A program made the position numbers and the translations under genes. A model generated the notes under the pieces. The model did not search any database. It saw only the letters and a program-made list of their open reading frames with translations, and was not told the DNA's origin. 64,000 bases of DNA from the human T2T-CHM13v2.0 reference genome, Homo sapiens, in the NCBI RefSeq assembly GCF_009914755.1, contig NC_060934.1. One strand, 5' to 3'. Shown here piece after piece: positions 14,502 through 28,460 of this stretch (positions are counted from its first letter, which is position 1; every line of letters begins with the position of its first letter).

Positions 14502-14782
14502 CCACTCCTGCCTTATTGACAACTCTATGTCCACCAGCTCCCATTCAGCTTCCAGGCACCATGCTCCTCTGGTTCTATGCCTGCCTGTCTGGTATTTCTT
14601 CTCTAGCCCACTCACTGGTACACCTTTTTAACTTGTCTCTTAAATGTTCAGGCTCCCAGGACTCTCCTTTGCTTGTCTTATCCAAGTGATCTCATCCATC
14701 TCCAGCGACCTGTGTGCTGATGGTGCCCAAATCTCCACCTGTCACCTTCAACTCCCCACCTGGGACTTCTTTTTGCTGACAC

Positions 14783-14983
14783 CATTCATTCTTAACTGGG
14801 GGTGATTCTACCTCCCAAGGGACATTTGTCAATGTCTGGTTATTTCTGGTCATCACAACAGGGATTAAGGAATGCTCCTGGCATTCAGTGGTTGATGCTA
14901 CACATCCCACAGTACCAAGACAGACCCACAGTGCACAATTACCCAGCCCCAAAAGCCAGTAGTGCTGAGGCTGGGAATCCCTG
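14783..14983 (+). mobile_element. MER20 (hAT-Charlie)
   Basis: ttcttaactgggggtgattctacctcccaagggacatttgtcaatgtctgg...agtagtgctgaggctgggaatccctg. Confidence 0.85.
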
Positions 14984-15405
14984 GCTATATCTTGACTAAA
15001 GGTGTCCCCATTTCCTCTGCCTCCCAAGCAAGACCCATCCTCCTCTTTTGTCCCCCTCACACCTGGATTATTCAAAGAGATCCCCAGCCCCCCACCCTTT
15101 ACACCCATGGCTGTGGCTGAGGCCGTCTTCAGGTCTGCCTGTCACTTGCCTCTGCCACTCCTGACCGCATGTCACTGCGTCAGAGCTTCCTTTCTACAAT
15201 GTACGTGTGACCATTTTGCTCCTCCCACTTTAGATGCCTGTTGGCTTCAGGACATCATTTCTGACCACATCCCACCATGCAGCCTGGGATCCTGGAATGA
15301 GCCTCTCATCATGCCCTGGACATGCCACATCACGCGTGACCTGCCCTAAAGATGCCATATCACATGCCACCTCTGGCCCACCTGTTGCCTCTAGGCCTGG
15401 TGTGC

Positions 15406-15539
15406 CCTCCCCTTCTACTCTCACGTGACGAGGTCCAACTCATTTCAAAGGCCCACTTAAAATATCGTGTCCTCCCCTTCTACTCTCACGTGACGAGGTC
15501 CAACTCATTTCAAAGGCCCACTTAAAACATCGTGTCCTC
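15406..15539. repeat. 65-bp tandem duplication
   Basis: Units start at 15406 and 15471, with one mismatch (aatatc / aacatc). Confidence 0.97.
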
Positions 15540-16007
15540 AGTGGAGCTCCTCATCTGCCCAGACAGGCGGGCAGACCATCTTCCTGACACAGCCCTACTT
15601 CCCCTCTGTTACACATGTGAACGCGGATTGTCCACCTCCCTGGGAAGGCTGGTACTGGGAGCTCTGGAAGGCAGGGTCCAACTCTCCAAGACTCAGATGT
15701 CCCACAGTGGGGTTCTGCTCATAACAGACACTTAAAGAAGGCCTGTTGAAGGAGCGCCTGCTCAGGCAACCCCAGCAGACAGGTTCCAGCTCTGTGTGTG
15801 TGTGTGTACCGACTTATGCAGAGTCAAATGCCCAGGGGAAAGTGGGCAACCCAGAGACACATGCAAACATGTGGGAAGTCAGACATACCGTGATGTGCAG
15901 TCTCAGGAAAACGCAGGTGATGTCAGCAAATTCTTTGGGCTCAGGGATCTTTTCTTCCCATTATTTTCTTCCTCCAGAAAAATTTTTTAAAAAAATACCT
16001 AAAAATA

Positions 16008-16341
<334 letters not shown>

Positions 16342-16389
16342 TTATCACAATCCTGCACTTGGAATATAAAGAAAAGCAGTATTCTTGCC

Positions 16390-16720
16390 TTTTCAATTTC
16401 TTTAATTTCACACCTGAGAGAGAACCACCACCAACAGTTTGAAGCATATCCTTCCAGGTATTCTTCTGAAAGGATATGAAAAAATAGGCACATACACTTC
16501 AGTAAAAATATATAAATAAATTAGGGGTATGTTACGTGTATTGTTCTGCAAACAGCTTTTATCCCTTAAAAAGGTATCTTTTCCCCAGTCAGTAGGTATA
16601 GCTTTTCTTCATTGTTTTTGACAGTTGCATAATATTTCATTATGTGGATGTACTATTATGCTCTTGTGATACTACAGACTTTTGCAATGTAACCTAACAT
16701 GTTTACATCTAGCACTAATG
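16390..16720 (-). mobile_element. Old L1ME fragment
   Basis: cttcattgtttttgacagttgcataatatttcattatgtggatgtac resembles the antisense L1 3' region. Confidence 0.55.
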
Positions 16721-17335
16721 CATGATTTTGAAGGAACCATATTCCCAATAAAGAGCTATGGGCCTAGATTATTGGCTAAGTCAAGGAAAGTATTAAAATG
16801 CATTCACTTGCAAAAGATGCTTTATAATTGAAAATAAAACCTTCTCTCCCTCCCCTACCTTTTTAAAGCCCATGTACTGCCTATTGGAGATTACTGTGAT
16901 ATTTTTACATTTATCATAAAGTCTCTTCTGCGGAGAACCTGTTGAAGAGGAGGCGAGTCTCATGCATTTCTGTCCTCCCTCTTCTCCTTCCCACCTTCCT
17001 TTCCACTCATTCTCAGCCAAGGAAACCTAAGCATAAATCTGCCTTCAATGGCCCACAGAACAGGTCATCTCAACACATTTGAGAAGACTTGGTGGCTGGC
17101 CTGGTGAATTGTTTGGGAATTTTTGAGTTATGAGTTCCTGACATAGACATATATATCAATAAATTATCAAACAAGCAAGAAGTACTCAGGATTGATTGCT
17201 TGCAGGTATATTTGTTTATAAACAATTAGATTCAACACAACTACAGAAAGATATTTTCATCCTCTTCTAGCGAATGTAACAATGAAGTTTTGTGGATGGA
17301 GAAGTTCTTGCTCCATATAAAAATACAAAAGTTCA

Positions 17336-17660
17336 GGCCAGGCACAGTGGCTCATGCCTGTAATCCTAGCACTTTGGGAGGCCTCGGCAGGAGGATCACC
17401 TATGATCAGGAGTTCAAGACCAGCCTGGCCAGCATGGCAAAACCCCGTCTCTACTAAAAATACAAAAATTAGCCGGAAATGGTGGTGTGCACATGTAATC
17501 TCAGGGAACAACCTACTCAGGAGGCTGAGGCAGGAGAATGATGTGAACCCATGAGGCTGAGGTTGCAGTGAGCTGAGACTGCCCACTGCACTCCACCCCG
17601 GCAACAGAGTGAGACTCTGTCTCAAAGACAAAACAGAACAAAACAAAACAAAACAAAAAA
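17336..17660 (+). mobile_element. Alu (AluS-like) with (AAAAC)n tail
   Basis: Dimer; TSD aaaagttca / aaaagctca; 8-nt insertion ggaacaac in the right arm. Confidence 0.93.
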
Positions 17661-18789
17661 AAGCTCAGTGCATCACAGCAATATGTTCTTCTGAACAGGA
17701 TTCCTGGGTTTGTATTGTTTATGAAAATAATCTGCTGCTCTCAGTTCACTTGTAAAGTTGACTGACCAGTGGCCATGAGAAAAATATTTACATACAGAAT
17801 TTCAAGACTGAGTTTCTTTTGTGGAAAATAAGTGGGTGTTGTTGAATATCAGAGACCAAAAACAACAGATGAATTACGTGGCACATACAGTTGAGATGGT
17901 AAATATCCAAGGAATTGGGATTATGTGGTGAAACCTAAAGGCTCTTCTGGCCAATCTCTTCCTCTCACCTCCATAGTCTTCTTAACAGAACTTGGTAACT
18001 TAAATAACATGCATTTGGACTATGAGTAGTTTGAAAACTAAGTGACTACAAGTCAGAACCTTTCAATCAGAAGTGAGATCACGTAGGGTTAGGCTGTCTT
18101 TAAGACATCAGGGAATAGAATAGCATGAGATCTTTCCTGATTCCAAGGGCATACATGTTATTTTAGAGTTTATTTAGGGATTTCTTAGAACTGGAAGGGC
18201 TCTTGGAGTCACCCGGTCTCAATGCCTCTGACATCAGAAGACCACAGCCTACTGGTAGGATATCTTCTCATTACTCATGGTGGCAGACATAGAGGCCAGA
18301 AGAGCAGAGCAGCTAGACATCTATGGGGGACACCTTAGAAACGAAGGACCCACAGAAAGGCTGAGATCCAAACTCTGCTGAAACCTCTGAATGATTACTA
18401 ATGTTTGCACGTGCATACAGACCCCAAAAAGCCTAGCCAAAAAACAGGCAGAAACCAGGGGGCAGGGCCCACCTTGAAAGACAGACTGGTCCTGGTGAAA
18501 TGTGCTGCGTCTTTGAATATGTGTGTTCCAGACCTACTCAGAGCTTGGGCAGCAGTAAGCAGAAGCCTAACTGGCCTGAGGCATCAGAGGGAAGAACTTG
18601 AACTTAGCAGGGCAACTGGAAGTTTAGAGGACCACAAAGACGAGTCCCAGAATCTGAATGCAAACTGTGTCTAATTGCTGATGCCTGGGCTATGCAAGCG
18701 TATTCTTCAAACACTTGGCAGGTGGGTGCAAGGGCACTAGGCACTGTTGTAGTTCATGAACTGTCATTAATTTACTGTCTCACCTTGTC

Positions 18790-19024
18790 GATGGGGCAGG
18801 CAGCAGCCAGGTCTGCAGCTCCTTCAGCTCCTGCCAGGTCCCCTTCAGCTTCTCTGATGTCTGAGCCAGTTTATGTCTAAATGCAGAAGCAACAAACAGA
18901 CATAAACTGTTTAACCATCTCCCATAATTACATAAGGTCAAATCCCAATTAAATTGCATATTCTGTATCATGTAGTGGTTCTTGCTGTTGCTGTTGTTTT
19001 TAAATCACACTCTGACCAATATAC
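18790..19024 (+). mobile_element. ERVL LTR 3' part (LTR41-like)
   Basis: actgtttaaccatctcccataattacataaggtcaaatccc...tagtggttct...ctctgaccaatata. Confidence 0.55.
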
Positions 19025-20059
19025 CATTCAAACAGTTGGCATAAGAAAGCTGGAGTGACTATAGTAATGTCAGATGAAATAAACATTAAGTCAAAGAGAA
19101 TTGCTAGAGACCAAGATGGATAATTCATAATGGCAATGGGGTTATATTGTAGGAGGATAAATCAGTTATAAATGTAGGTCTGTGTAATAACAGGGTTGCA
19201 AAATACGTGAACAAAATGGACAAAACTAAAAGGATAAATAGAAAAAATCTACAATTATAGTTGGAAATTTCAATACTCATATTTCATTATTGATTTCAAA
19301 AAATCAGTAAATATATGGAAGATTTGATCAACACTATCAACCAGTTGGACTTAGTTGAGATTTGTTCCATCCAATAAGAGCAGAAAACACATTATTTTCA
19401 ATGACACATGGAACATTAAAATAAACCATATGCTGGGCCATTAAACAAGTCTCAGTACATTTTAAAAGATTGGAACAATACATGTGTTCTCTGACCACAA
19501 CAGAATTAAACTAGCAATCAGCAATAGACTGTATCTCTGGAATGTCTCCAAGTATGTGGAAATTAAACAAACACTTCTAAATAACATATAGGTAAAGAAA
19601 GAAATTTCAGAAGAAAGTAGAACTTCTTTTTCAATTGAATAAAAATGAAAACACAATTTCTCACAATTTATGACAGGCAGCTAAAGAAGCGCTTAGAGGG
19701 AAATGAATAGCCATAAATGCTTGTATTAGAAAAGAAAAAAGTTCTCAAATCAATAATCTGAGTTTCCATCTTTAAAAGCTAGAAATAGAAGAGCAAATTA
19801 AACCCAAAGTAAATAGAAAAGAGATAATAAAAAGTAAAATTCAGTGAAATAGAAAACAAAAATCGTAGAGAAAATAACTGAAACCAAAAGGCTTTTCTTT
19901 GAAAAGTCAATAAATTCAATAAAGTTCTACCTAGAAAGACAGAAAGCAGAATGTGCCAATATTATGAATGAGAGAAGAGACAGGAATACAACAATTCTAC
20001 AGGCATTAGGGAAACAATTAGGAGTTATTATGAAAAACTCAGTGCAATGCACGTGATAA

Positions 20060-20341
<282 letters not shown>

Positions 20342-20689
20342 TACAAGTTTCTTGAAAGACAATGTTATCAAAATAAACTCATTAAGAAATAAAAATATCA
20401 ATAGTCCTATATTAATATAAAAATGAATTCTCAATTAAAAATCATTACTGCAATGAAAATTCTAGATATTAATGACTTCAGTGATGACTTGTATCAAATA
20501 TTTAAGAAAGAAATAATACCAATTCTATAGAAAATTTTTCAGAAAATAGAGAAAGAGGAAACATTCCCAACTTACTTTATGAGTCCAGTAGCACTCTAAT
20601 ATCAATGCCAAATGAAGACATCAGGAGAGAAAAAGGAATCTATGAACCAATATCATGCATGAACACAAGCAAAAATCCTTAACAAAATA

Positions 20690-21090
20690 TAGATGACCCT
20701 TGAACAACATGGGTTTGAACTGTACAGGTCCACTTAACCTGTGAATTTTCTTTTGCCTCTGCCACCCCTGAGTCAGCAAGAACAACCCCTTCTCTATTTT
20801 CTCCTCCTCAGCCCACTCAACATAGAAATTATAAGGATGAAGACCTTTATGATGAGCTACTTCCATTTAATGAATAGTAAATATATTTTCTTTGTTATGT
20901 TATCTGAATAACATTTTATTTTGTCTGGCTTATCTATAACATACAAAATACAGGTTAATTGACTATGTTATAGTAAGGCTTCTGGTCAAGAGTAGGCTAT
21001 TGAGTTTTGGAGGAGTCAAAAGTTATATGCAAGTTTTTTACTGCCTGGGGGTCAGCACCCCTAAGCTCTGCATTGTTTAGGGGTAAACAG
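20690..21090 (+). mobile_element. Tigger2a (MER28) TcMar DNA transposon
   Basis: TIRs tagatgacccttgaacaac...ttgtttaggggtaaacag, flanked by TA TSD. Confidence 0.88.
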
Positions 21091-22056
21091 TATTATAAAA
21101 TCAAATACAGTATAAGAAAATGCATATACCAGGAATGCAAGGTTGGTTTATTGTTAGAAAATTAATCACTAAAAATTACAATATTAATGGAATAAGGAGA
21201 AAACCATATGGTTATATCAACAGAAGCAGAAAAGGCAGATAAAACTTGTTCCTGAAAACTCTCTGCAAACTAGAGGTAAAATAGTGAACATTTTCCTCTC
21301 TAGGATTAGAAATAGGTCAAGAATGTCCACTCTCACCAATTCAGCTTTGTACTAGAAATACTAAAGTTTGCAACAGATAACAAAAAAGTCATACAGGTTA
21401 GAAAGGAAGACATAAAACTGTCTTTATTCTCAGAAAGCATGGTTATATACACAAAAATCTTGAGGAATCTCCATAAAGCACTAGAACTAATCAATGAGTT
21501 TAGCAAGATCCCAAAATACAAGGTTAGTATACAAAAGTCAATGACATTTGTATGTACTGGCAATGAACAACTGAAAAATGTAATTTTAAAATACCATTTA
21601 TAGAAACATCAAAAATATGAAGTATTAACAAAATATGTACAAGACCTGGACACTACAAAATATTGAAAAGTTTTAAAATATAATGAAAAGAAGAGCTGTA
21701 ACATGCATAGGGACTGGAAGATTCAATATTGTGAAGATACTAAGTTTTCCTAAAATTGATCTCTAGATTCAAGGTAATTCTGATCAAACTCTCAACAGGC
21801 CTTTTTTATAGAAATTGACAAGCTGATTCTGAAATTTATATGAAAATTCAAAGGACCTAGATTGGCCAAAACAATTTTTTAAATAAGAACAAAGTTGGAG
21901 GACTCAAACTACTGGATCCAAGGCCTACTACTATAGAGTCGCAGTAATAAAATAGTGTGATGTTGGCATAAGGATAGACATATAGACCAAGATTCATTTA
22001 TATGGTTAATTGTTTTCCATAAAGGGACCAAGGTAACTCAACGTGAAATTTTGGGG

Positions 22057-22353
22057 TTTTTTTTTTTGACAGAGTCTTACTCTGTTGCCCAGGCTGGAGT
22101 GCAGTGGCATGATCTCAGCTCACTGCAACCTCTGCCTCCTGGGTTCAAGTGATTCTGCTGCCTCAGACTCCTGAGTAGCTGGGATTACAGAAGTGTACCA
22201 CCACAAATGGCTTTTTTTTTTTTTTAAATTTTAAGTAGAGATGGGGTTTCAACATGTAGGCCAGACTGGTCTCGAACTCCTGATGTCAGGCGATCTGCCC
22301 ACCTTGGCCTCCCAAAGTCCTGGGATTACAGGTGTGAGCCACAGTCCCCAGCC
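22057..22353 (-). mobile_element. Alu (AluS-like)
   Basis: Antisense dimer; TSD tgaaattttgg (22044-22054 / 22354-22364). Confidence 0.95.
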
Positions 22354-23822
22354 TGAAATTTTGGTCTTTTGAATAACTGGTACTGGAACAATTCATTAGC
22401 CATATAGAAAAAATGAACTCTAACCCTTACCTCCCACCATACATAAAAATTAATTTATAATAGATTGTAGACTTAACTGTATGAGCTTAAAACTAGAAAA
22501 CTTCTGTATGTCAGCATGAGAGGAAAACTTTTTGACCATCAGCTAAAAAAGATTTCTTAGAACACAAAAAAATGAAAAACTTCTGCTCTTCAACAGAGTT
22601 ATGAAAATGAATAGGTGAGCCACAGTCTGAGAGAATACATATATTTACAAAACACATATCTGACAAAGAGCTGGTGTCCAGGATATAGAAAGAACTCTTA
22701 CAACTACACAAGCCAAAATTAAGACAACCCATTTTTTTAAAAAAGAGCAAAAGGTTTGAACAGACACTTCACAAAAGGAGATCTACAAATGACCAAGAAG
22801 CAAATGAGAAAATGTTCACAGAAACAAATCAGAACCTTAGTGAGAGGCCATTAATCAACCATTTGAGCATCAAAACAACACACTGATGATATCAACTAGT
22901 ATTGGTGGGGATAGAGCAAGTGGAACTCTAATATATTGCTGGTGAAAATACAAAATGGTACAGCCACTTTGTAAACCAGTTTGAGAGTTTTACTGAAGTT
23001 AAACATATACTTTCCATATGAGTTTAACAATACTCTTTCTAGGTATCTACCTAAGAGAAATGAAATATGTCTACACAAAGATTTGTACATGAATGTTCAC
23101 AGCAGCATTCTTCATAATAGCCCAAAACTAGAAACGACCCAAGTGTCTATCATAGGGTTAAGGGATAAACACATTGTGGTTTATCCATTTGGTGTGGAAT
23201 ATTACTCAGTAATGAAAAGGGACAACTTATGGATACAGAAAACAACACGGATAAATCTCAAAAACATCATGCTAAATGAAAGAAGACAGGCACAGAAGAT
23301 TGCATGATGAGTATTCCATTTATGAGATTCTAGGAAAGGCAAACTATAGTGACAAAAGTAGGTGGCCAGGGGCCAGGGTTAGGGGAGAGGATAGGCTGCA
23401 TCAGAGCATGAGAGGACTTTGGAGTGATGAAGTGTTCTACGTCAGAATTGGGTGGAGCTTATACAACTGTGTACCTGTGCCCAACTCACAGAACCTAAGA
23501 TGGGTGAATTTTATTGCATACAAATTATACCTCTATTGTGCCTCCCAAAGTCAAGAATAATTTCTGGACAAATAAGGACTTAGGCAGGATATTTACAAAA
23601 AAATTATTCATTCTTCCTTGCTGTATATACACAGCCTGGAAAGGGATAGGTAGATTTTTGCTTAAGATCAGAAGACGTGGGTCAGATTCTGTTAATCCCA
23701 CCATGACTTTGGGATGTCAGAGGGGGTTTTCCCCAGGATCTCCCATAATCATGTGTAGCAGTGGTGACTGCTCTTTCCTTTCTCCTACCAACAGCTACAA
23801 CCCTTATAAACCGTGGCTTAGA

Positions 23823-23988
23823 TTGGATTGTTTGTAACACAAAGGATCAATGCCTGGGGGGAAGGATACCCCATTCTCCATGATGTGATGATTTCTCATT
23901 GTATACCTGTATCAAAACACCTCATGTGCCCCATAAATATACACACCTACTATGTACCCACAAATCTTCAAAATTAAAAAATAAATAA
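23823..23988 (+). mobile_element. 5'-truncated L1MA-class 3' end
   Basis: ggattgtttgtaacacaaagga...acctactatgtacccacaaa plus A tail; degenerate TSD taaaccgtggcttaga / taaaccatgggggcttaga. Confidence 0.85.
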
Positions 23989-25408
23989 ACCATGGGGGCT
24001 TAGAATGAGTTGTATACCTGCATCTTTTCCTTGCTGTCTAGCATGACACCTTCAGGCAGGACCAACCCAATGAGACTATTTTATTTTAACAGTGTACAGC
24101 GGGACATTTGAACTTCCTGTGGTACCCAGTTCCCTTTCCATCCATCATCATCATCTACAAGTTCCTCCTTATCTAATCCAAATTCCTAATGCTTCCATCT
24201 TCTCTCATCCTCTTCTCTTTTACTTCCCACAGGGTCAATGAAGCAAAGCTCATAACCATCTGTAAAACAACCTTTTCTACCCTTGAGGAGAATCATTAAA
24301 TCATACTCCATTCTTGCACACTGAGATAAATAAATACTCTTCATGTTTGTGAGTTTCCTACTTCCTTATATTTCTCCCCAGAGACAGGCTCCCGGGGCCT
24401 CTGGATGGGAGCACACTATAGGAAAAGGCATTGTTTGCCAGGAGCTTAAAATCTGGTGTTCTAGAAAGTGGGAAATAGGTTCAACTTATGCTTCTACTAC
24501 TTACTCATTGATAATCCTGGGGCAAGTGGCCTCCGAGTCTCAGTCTCTCTATCTGATTATTGGGTGTTCTATATTTACAAGAAGTGCTGACGATGAGCAG
24601 ATGCTCACTAATTCCCTCCCCAACCCCTGCTCCCCAATCCAGAAACCTGCTGACTCTGCTTATCCCTTGGAAAGTGTCCCTTGGAGAATGCTATGATGGA
24701 ATTCTACTTATCTGGATGATTAAGGTATTGCTTAGACACCGTATTTTTGAAAATTAATGATGCAAGATAATAATACCTAGTATTGATATAGTCTTTGGTC
24801 TGTTATCTTAATTATGCTTTATGAAGCTACTATAAAACTGTTAAGTAAGATTACTGAAAATTAATTAATATTTATCACACTCCTGGAAGCAAAGTAGAGC
24901 CCTTATAAATCAGGTATGGCGAACTAAAGAAAATTCTTCCTGAATTTGCAGGATCCAGTGGCACTGAGGCTAAATTAACCCTCAGTTCTAGCCAATACTG
25001 CTGAAATCAGCAGGGATCCTCAAATGAGAAACCTGGCAAGAACTAAGGACTAAGAAGAAATAACTCAGAATTCACTCAGGACCCGTAATCCATTGGAAAG
25101 TACAGTACTTCAGAAAATGCCTACAAAATGACAGTAACTGTCCTTTTCCCTTTTATTTCCCTTTCTTTTAGCTTTGTCACCGGCTTCCTAATTTGTTGGC
25201 TGCCCGTTAGTACAAGCCCATTCTTTCAGGGGAAAGGAGAGGAGAGGGTGGTCAGTGGCAAGGAGGGAATGACAGATGGGAAAAATGCTGGACTCAGAGT
25301 AGCTCTGACTTAGCAAACTTTCATGTTGTGCTGCAGCCATGCTCTGTTTGCCTGTCCCTGTTTTAAACTGGGTGGCCTGGTGGTATCTGTAATCTGGTGA
25401 CTTAATAA

Positions 25409-26570
25409 ATGAACAGAGACTTCTCAAAAGAAGACATACACATGGCCAACAAGCACATGAAAAAATGCTCAATATCACTAATTATTAGAGAAATGCAAAT
25501 CAAAACCACCATGAGATACTACCTCACACCTGTCAGAATGGCTATTACTAAAAAGTCAGAAAATAACAGATGTTGACGAGGTTGCAGAGAAAAGGGAATG
25601 CTTATACGCTCCTGGTGGGAATGAAAATTAGTTCAGCCACTGTGGAAAGTGATTTGGAGATTTCTCAAAGAACTTAGAATTATCATTTGACCCAGCAATC
25701 CCATTCCTGGGTATATACCCAAAGGAATATAAATCATTCTGCAAAAAAGACACATGCACTTATATATTCATCACAGCGCTATTCACAATAGCAAAGACAT
25801 GGAATCAGCCTAGATGGGCATCAACGGTGGACTGGATAAAGAAAATGTGGCACATATATGCCATGGAATACTATGCAGCCATAAAAAAGAATAAAATCCT
25901 GGCTGTCCTTTGCAGCAACATGGATGCAGCTGGAGGCCATTATCCTAAACAAATTTACACAAGAGTAGAAAACCAAATACTGCATGTTCTCACTTACAAG
26001 TGAGAGCTAATCACTAAGTACGCATGGACACAAAGTGGGGAACAATAGACATCAGGGACTACTTGAGGGTGGAGTGTGGGAGGAGAGTAAGGTCAAAAAA
26101 CTCCCTATTGGGGCTGGACGCGGTGGCTCACGCCTGTAATCCCAGCACTTTGGGCGGCCGAGGCTGGTGGATCACCGAAAATCAGGAGTTCAAAACTAGC
26201 CTGGCCAACATGGTGAAACCCTGTCTCTACTAAAAATACAAAAATTAGCCGGGTGTGGTGGTGGGCACCTGTAGTCTCAGCTACTCAGGAGGCCGAGGCA
26301 TAAGAATCGCTTGCATCCAGGAAGCAGAGGTTGCAGTGAGCTGAGATCGTGCCACTGCACTCCCCTGAGAGACAGAGCAAGACTCCATCTCAAAAAAAAA
26401 AAAAAAAAAAGAAAAGAAAAAGAAAAAATAACTACCTATCGGGTACTATGCTCACTACCTCAGTGACAAAATCATTTGTACACAAAACACCTATGACATG
26501 CAATTTACTCACGTAACAAACCTGCACACACACCTTTGAACCTAGAATAAAAGTTGAAAAAGGAAAGAAA
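25409..26570 (+). mobile_element. 5'-truncated L1PA15/16-like element, split by an Alu
   Basis: atgaacagagacttctcaaaagaagacata...; 3' UTR gtaacaaacctgcac...aataaaagttg. Confidence 0.9.
26112..26425 (+). mobile_element. Alu (AluS-like)
   Basis: Dimer with A tail; TSD aactccctattgg / aactacctatcgg. Confidence 0.95.
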
Positions 26571-26574
26571 AATT

Positions 26575-26860
26575 GTTTAGTGTGATCATTGTATTGGGCT
26601 ACTTTTTTTTAAAAGTCCTTATTTTTTAGAGATACATGTGGACATTCATATATGTGAAACCATATGATATCTGGAATTTTATTTTAAAGACTCCAGAAAA
26701 GATAAGCAGAATTAAAATTAATGAAAGGAGACTAGACGAAAGAATGACAGAGTGCTAATAATGGCAGATGCTAGAAGATGGCTATGAGAGGGTTTATGAC
26801 ACTGTTCTCCCTGCTTCTGTGTATGTTTGAAAATTTTCACAATAAAAAGTAAAATAAAAA
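26575..26860 (+). mobile_element. L1MC4-like 3' end
   Basis: gtccttattttttagagatacat...gtgtatgtttgaaaattttcacaataaaaag. Confidence 0.75.
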
Positions 26861-27269
26861 AATAAATGAGTAATCATAGTTGGTGTCTGTACATGCTTTA
26901 ATTGACACTATCTTATAGAGATGGCTTTGATGAAGCATAAATATGCTTTACACATGGCCTCTCCCATACGCATCATCGCAGATGTTCTATTTGAGTTTAT
27001 TTCAGAACTGGCTTACATGTGATTCTCTAATGGAATATCTTGACCAATTCAGGGAGAGAGAGGTGGGTTACTACTTTATATCTAAAAGCCTACCCTAGGC
27101 CCTGAATAGGTGCATTGTGTGTGTGTGTGTGGGGGGGTGGGGGTTGGGGGGTGTACTCACGTGCACACATAAGTCATATGTAAATATTTACATAGTACCA
27201 TATGTACAAACCATATTTCTAGGGTTTGTTTAGAGGTTGGGACTTAATGACAGTGTGTTGTAGGGGAAG

Positions 27270-27510
27270 GAATCTGACAGTCAGTAGAACAGCCATGAGG
27301 GTGAATCTTGGCTATAATGCTTACTAGGTATATCATGTTGGGAAATTATTGTGAACTCTTAAAACCTCAGTTTCCTCGTCTTTAAAATGAGAACAATAAC
27401 AACAACAATAATAGTCATTCCATCTATCTCTCCAGTCTCACACTTTATTGCGTCTTGCAAGTACACAAACCGTGTATTTGAAAGTACTTTGTAAACTGAA
27501 ACACTGCCCA
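27270..27510 (+). mobile_element. MIR
   Basis: cctcagtttcctcgtctttaaaatgagaacaataac core. Confidence 0.7.
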
Positions 27511-27693
27511 AGGCTAGCTATTTCTTCTAGATTTTCTGGTAACATGAATTATCCAGATTCTCAGACTGAAATTGAATGTAACACAGTCTAAATTAAAAAA
27601 ATTATTTAATGATTTTAAAAGACATAAATTCCACGCTTTCCCACAATGAGTTAGCACTTCACACCATTAGCATGGCTATTATCAAAACACCCC

Positions 27694-28017
27694 AGCCGGC
27701 AAGGTTGCTCACGCCTGTAATCTCAACACTTTGGGAGGCTGCAGTGGAAGGATCACTTGAGCCCAGGAGTTTAAGACCAGCCTGGACAACATGGCGAAAT
27801 CCTGTCTCTACAAAAACCAAAAAAAAATTAGCCAAGCGGGGTGGTGCACACTTATAGCCCTACTACTCAGGAAACTGAGGCAGGAGGATTGTTTCAACCC
27901 AGGAGGTTGAGGCTGCAGTGAGCCATGATCATGCTACTGCACTCCAGCCTGGACAACAGAGTGAGACACTGTCTTAAAAACAAAACAAAACAAAAAACAG
28001 CAACAACAACAAAAACC
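27694..28017 (+). mobile_element. AluJ-like
   Basis: ggatcacttgagcccaggag and gaggctgcagtgagccatgatc. Confidence 0.92.
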
Positions 28018-28019
28018 AG

Positions 28020-28460
<441 letters not shown>

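Larger units (their letters stand above)
14520..15750 (+). mobile_element. Degenerate L2 fragments
   Basis: gtgatctcatccatctcc...gctgatggtgcccaaatct and other pyrimidine-rich L2 motifs. Confidence 0.55.

Noticed and set aside
22981-23307. 108-aa ORF resembling the L1 ORF2 C-terminus
   Set aside because: Remnant of a decayed L1, not a gene.
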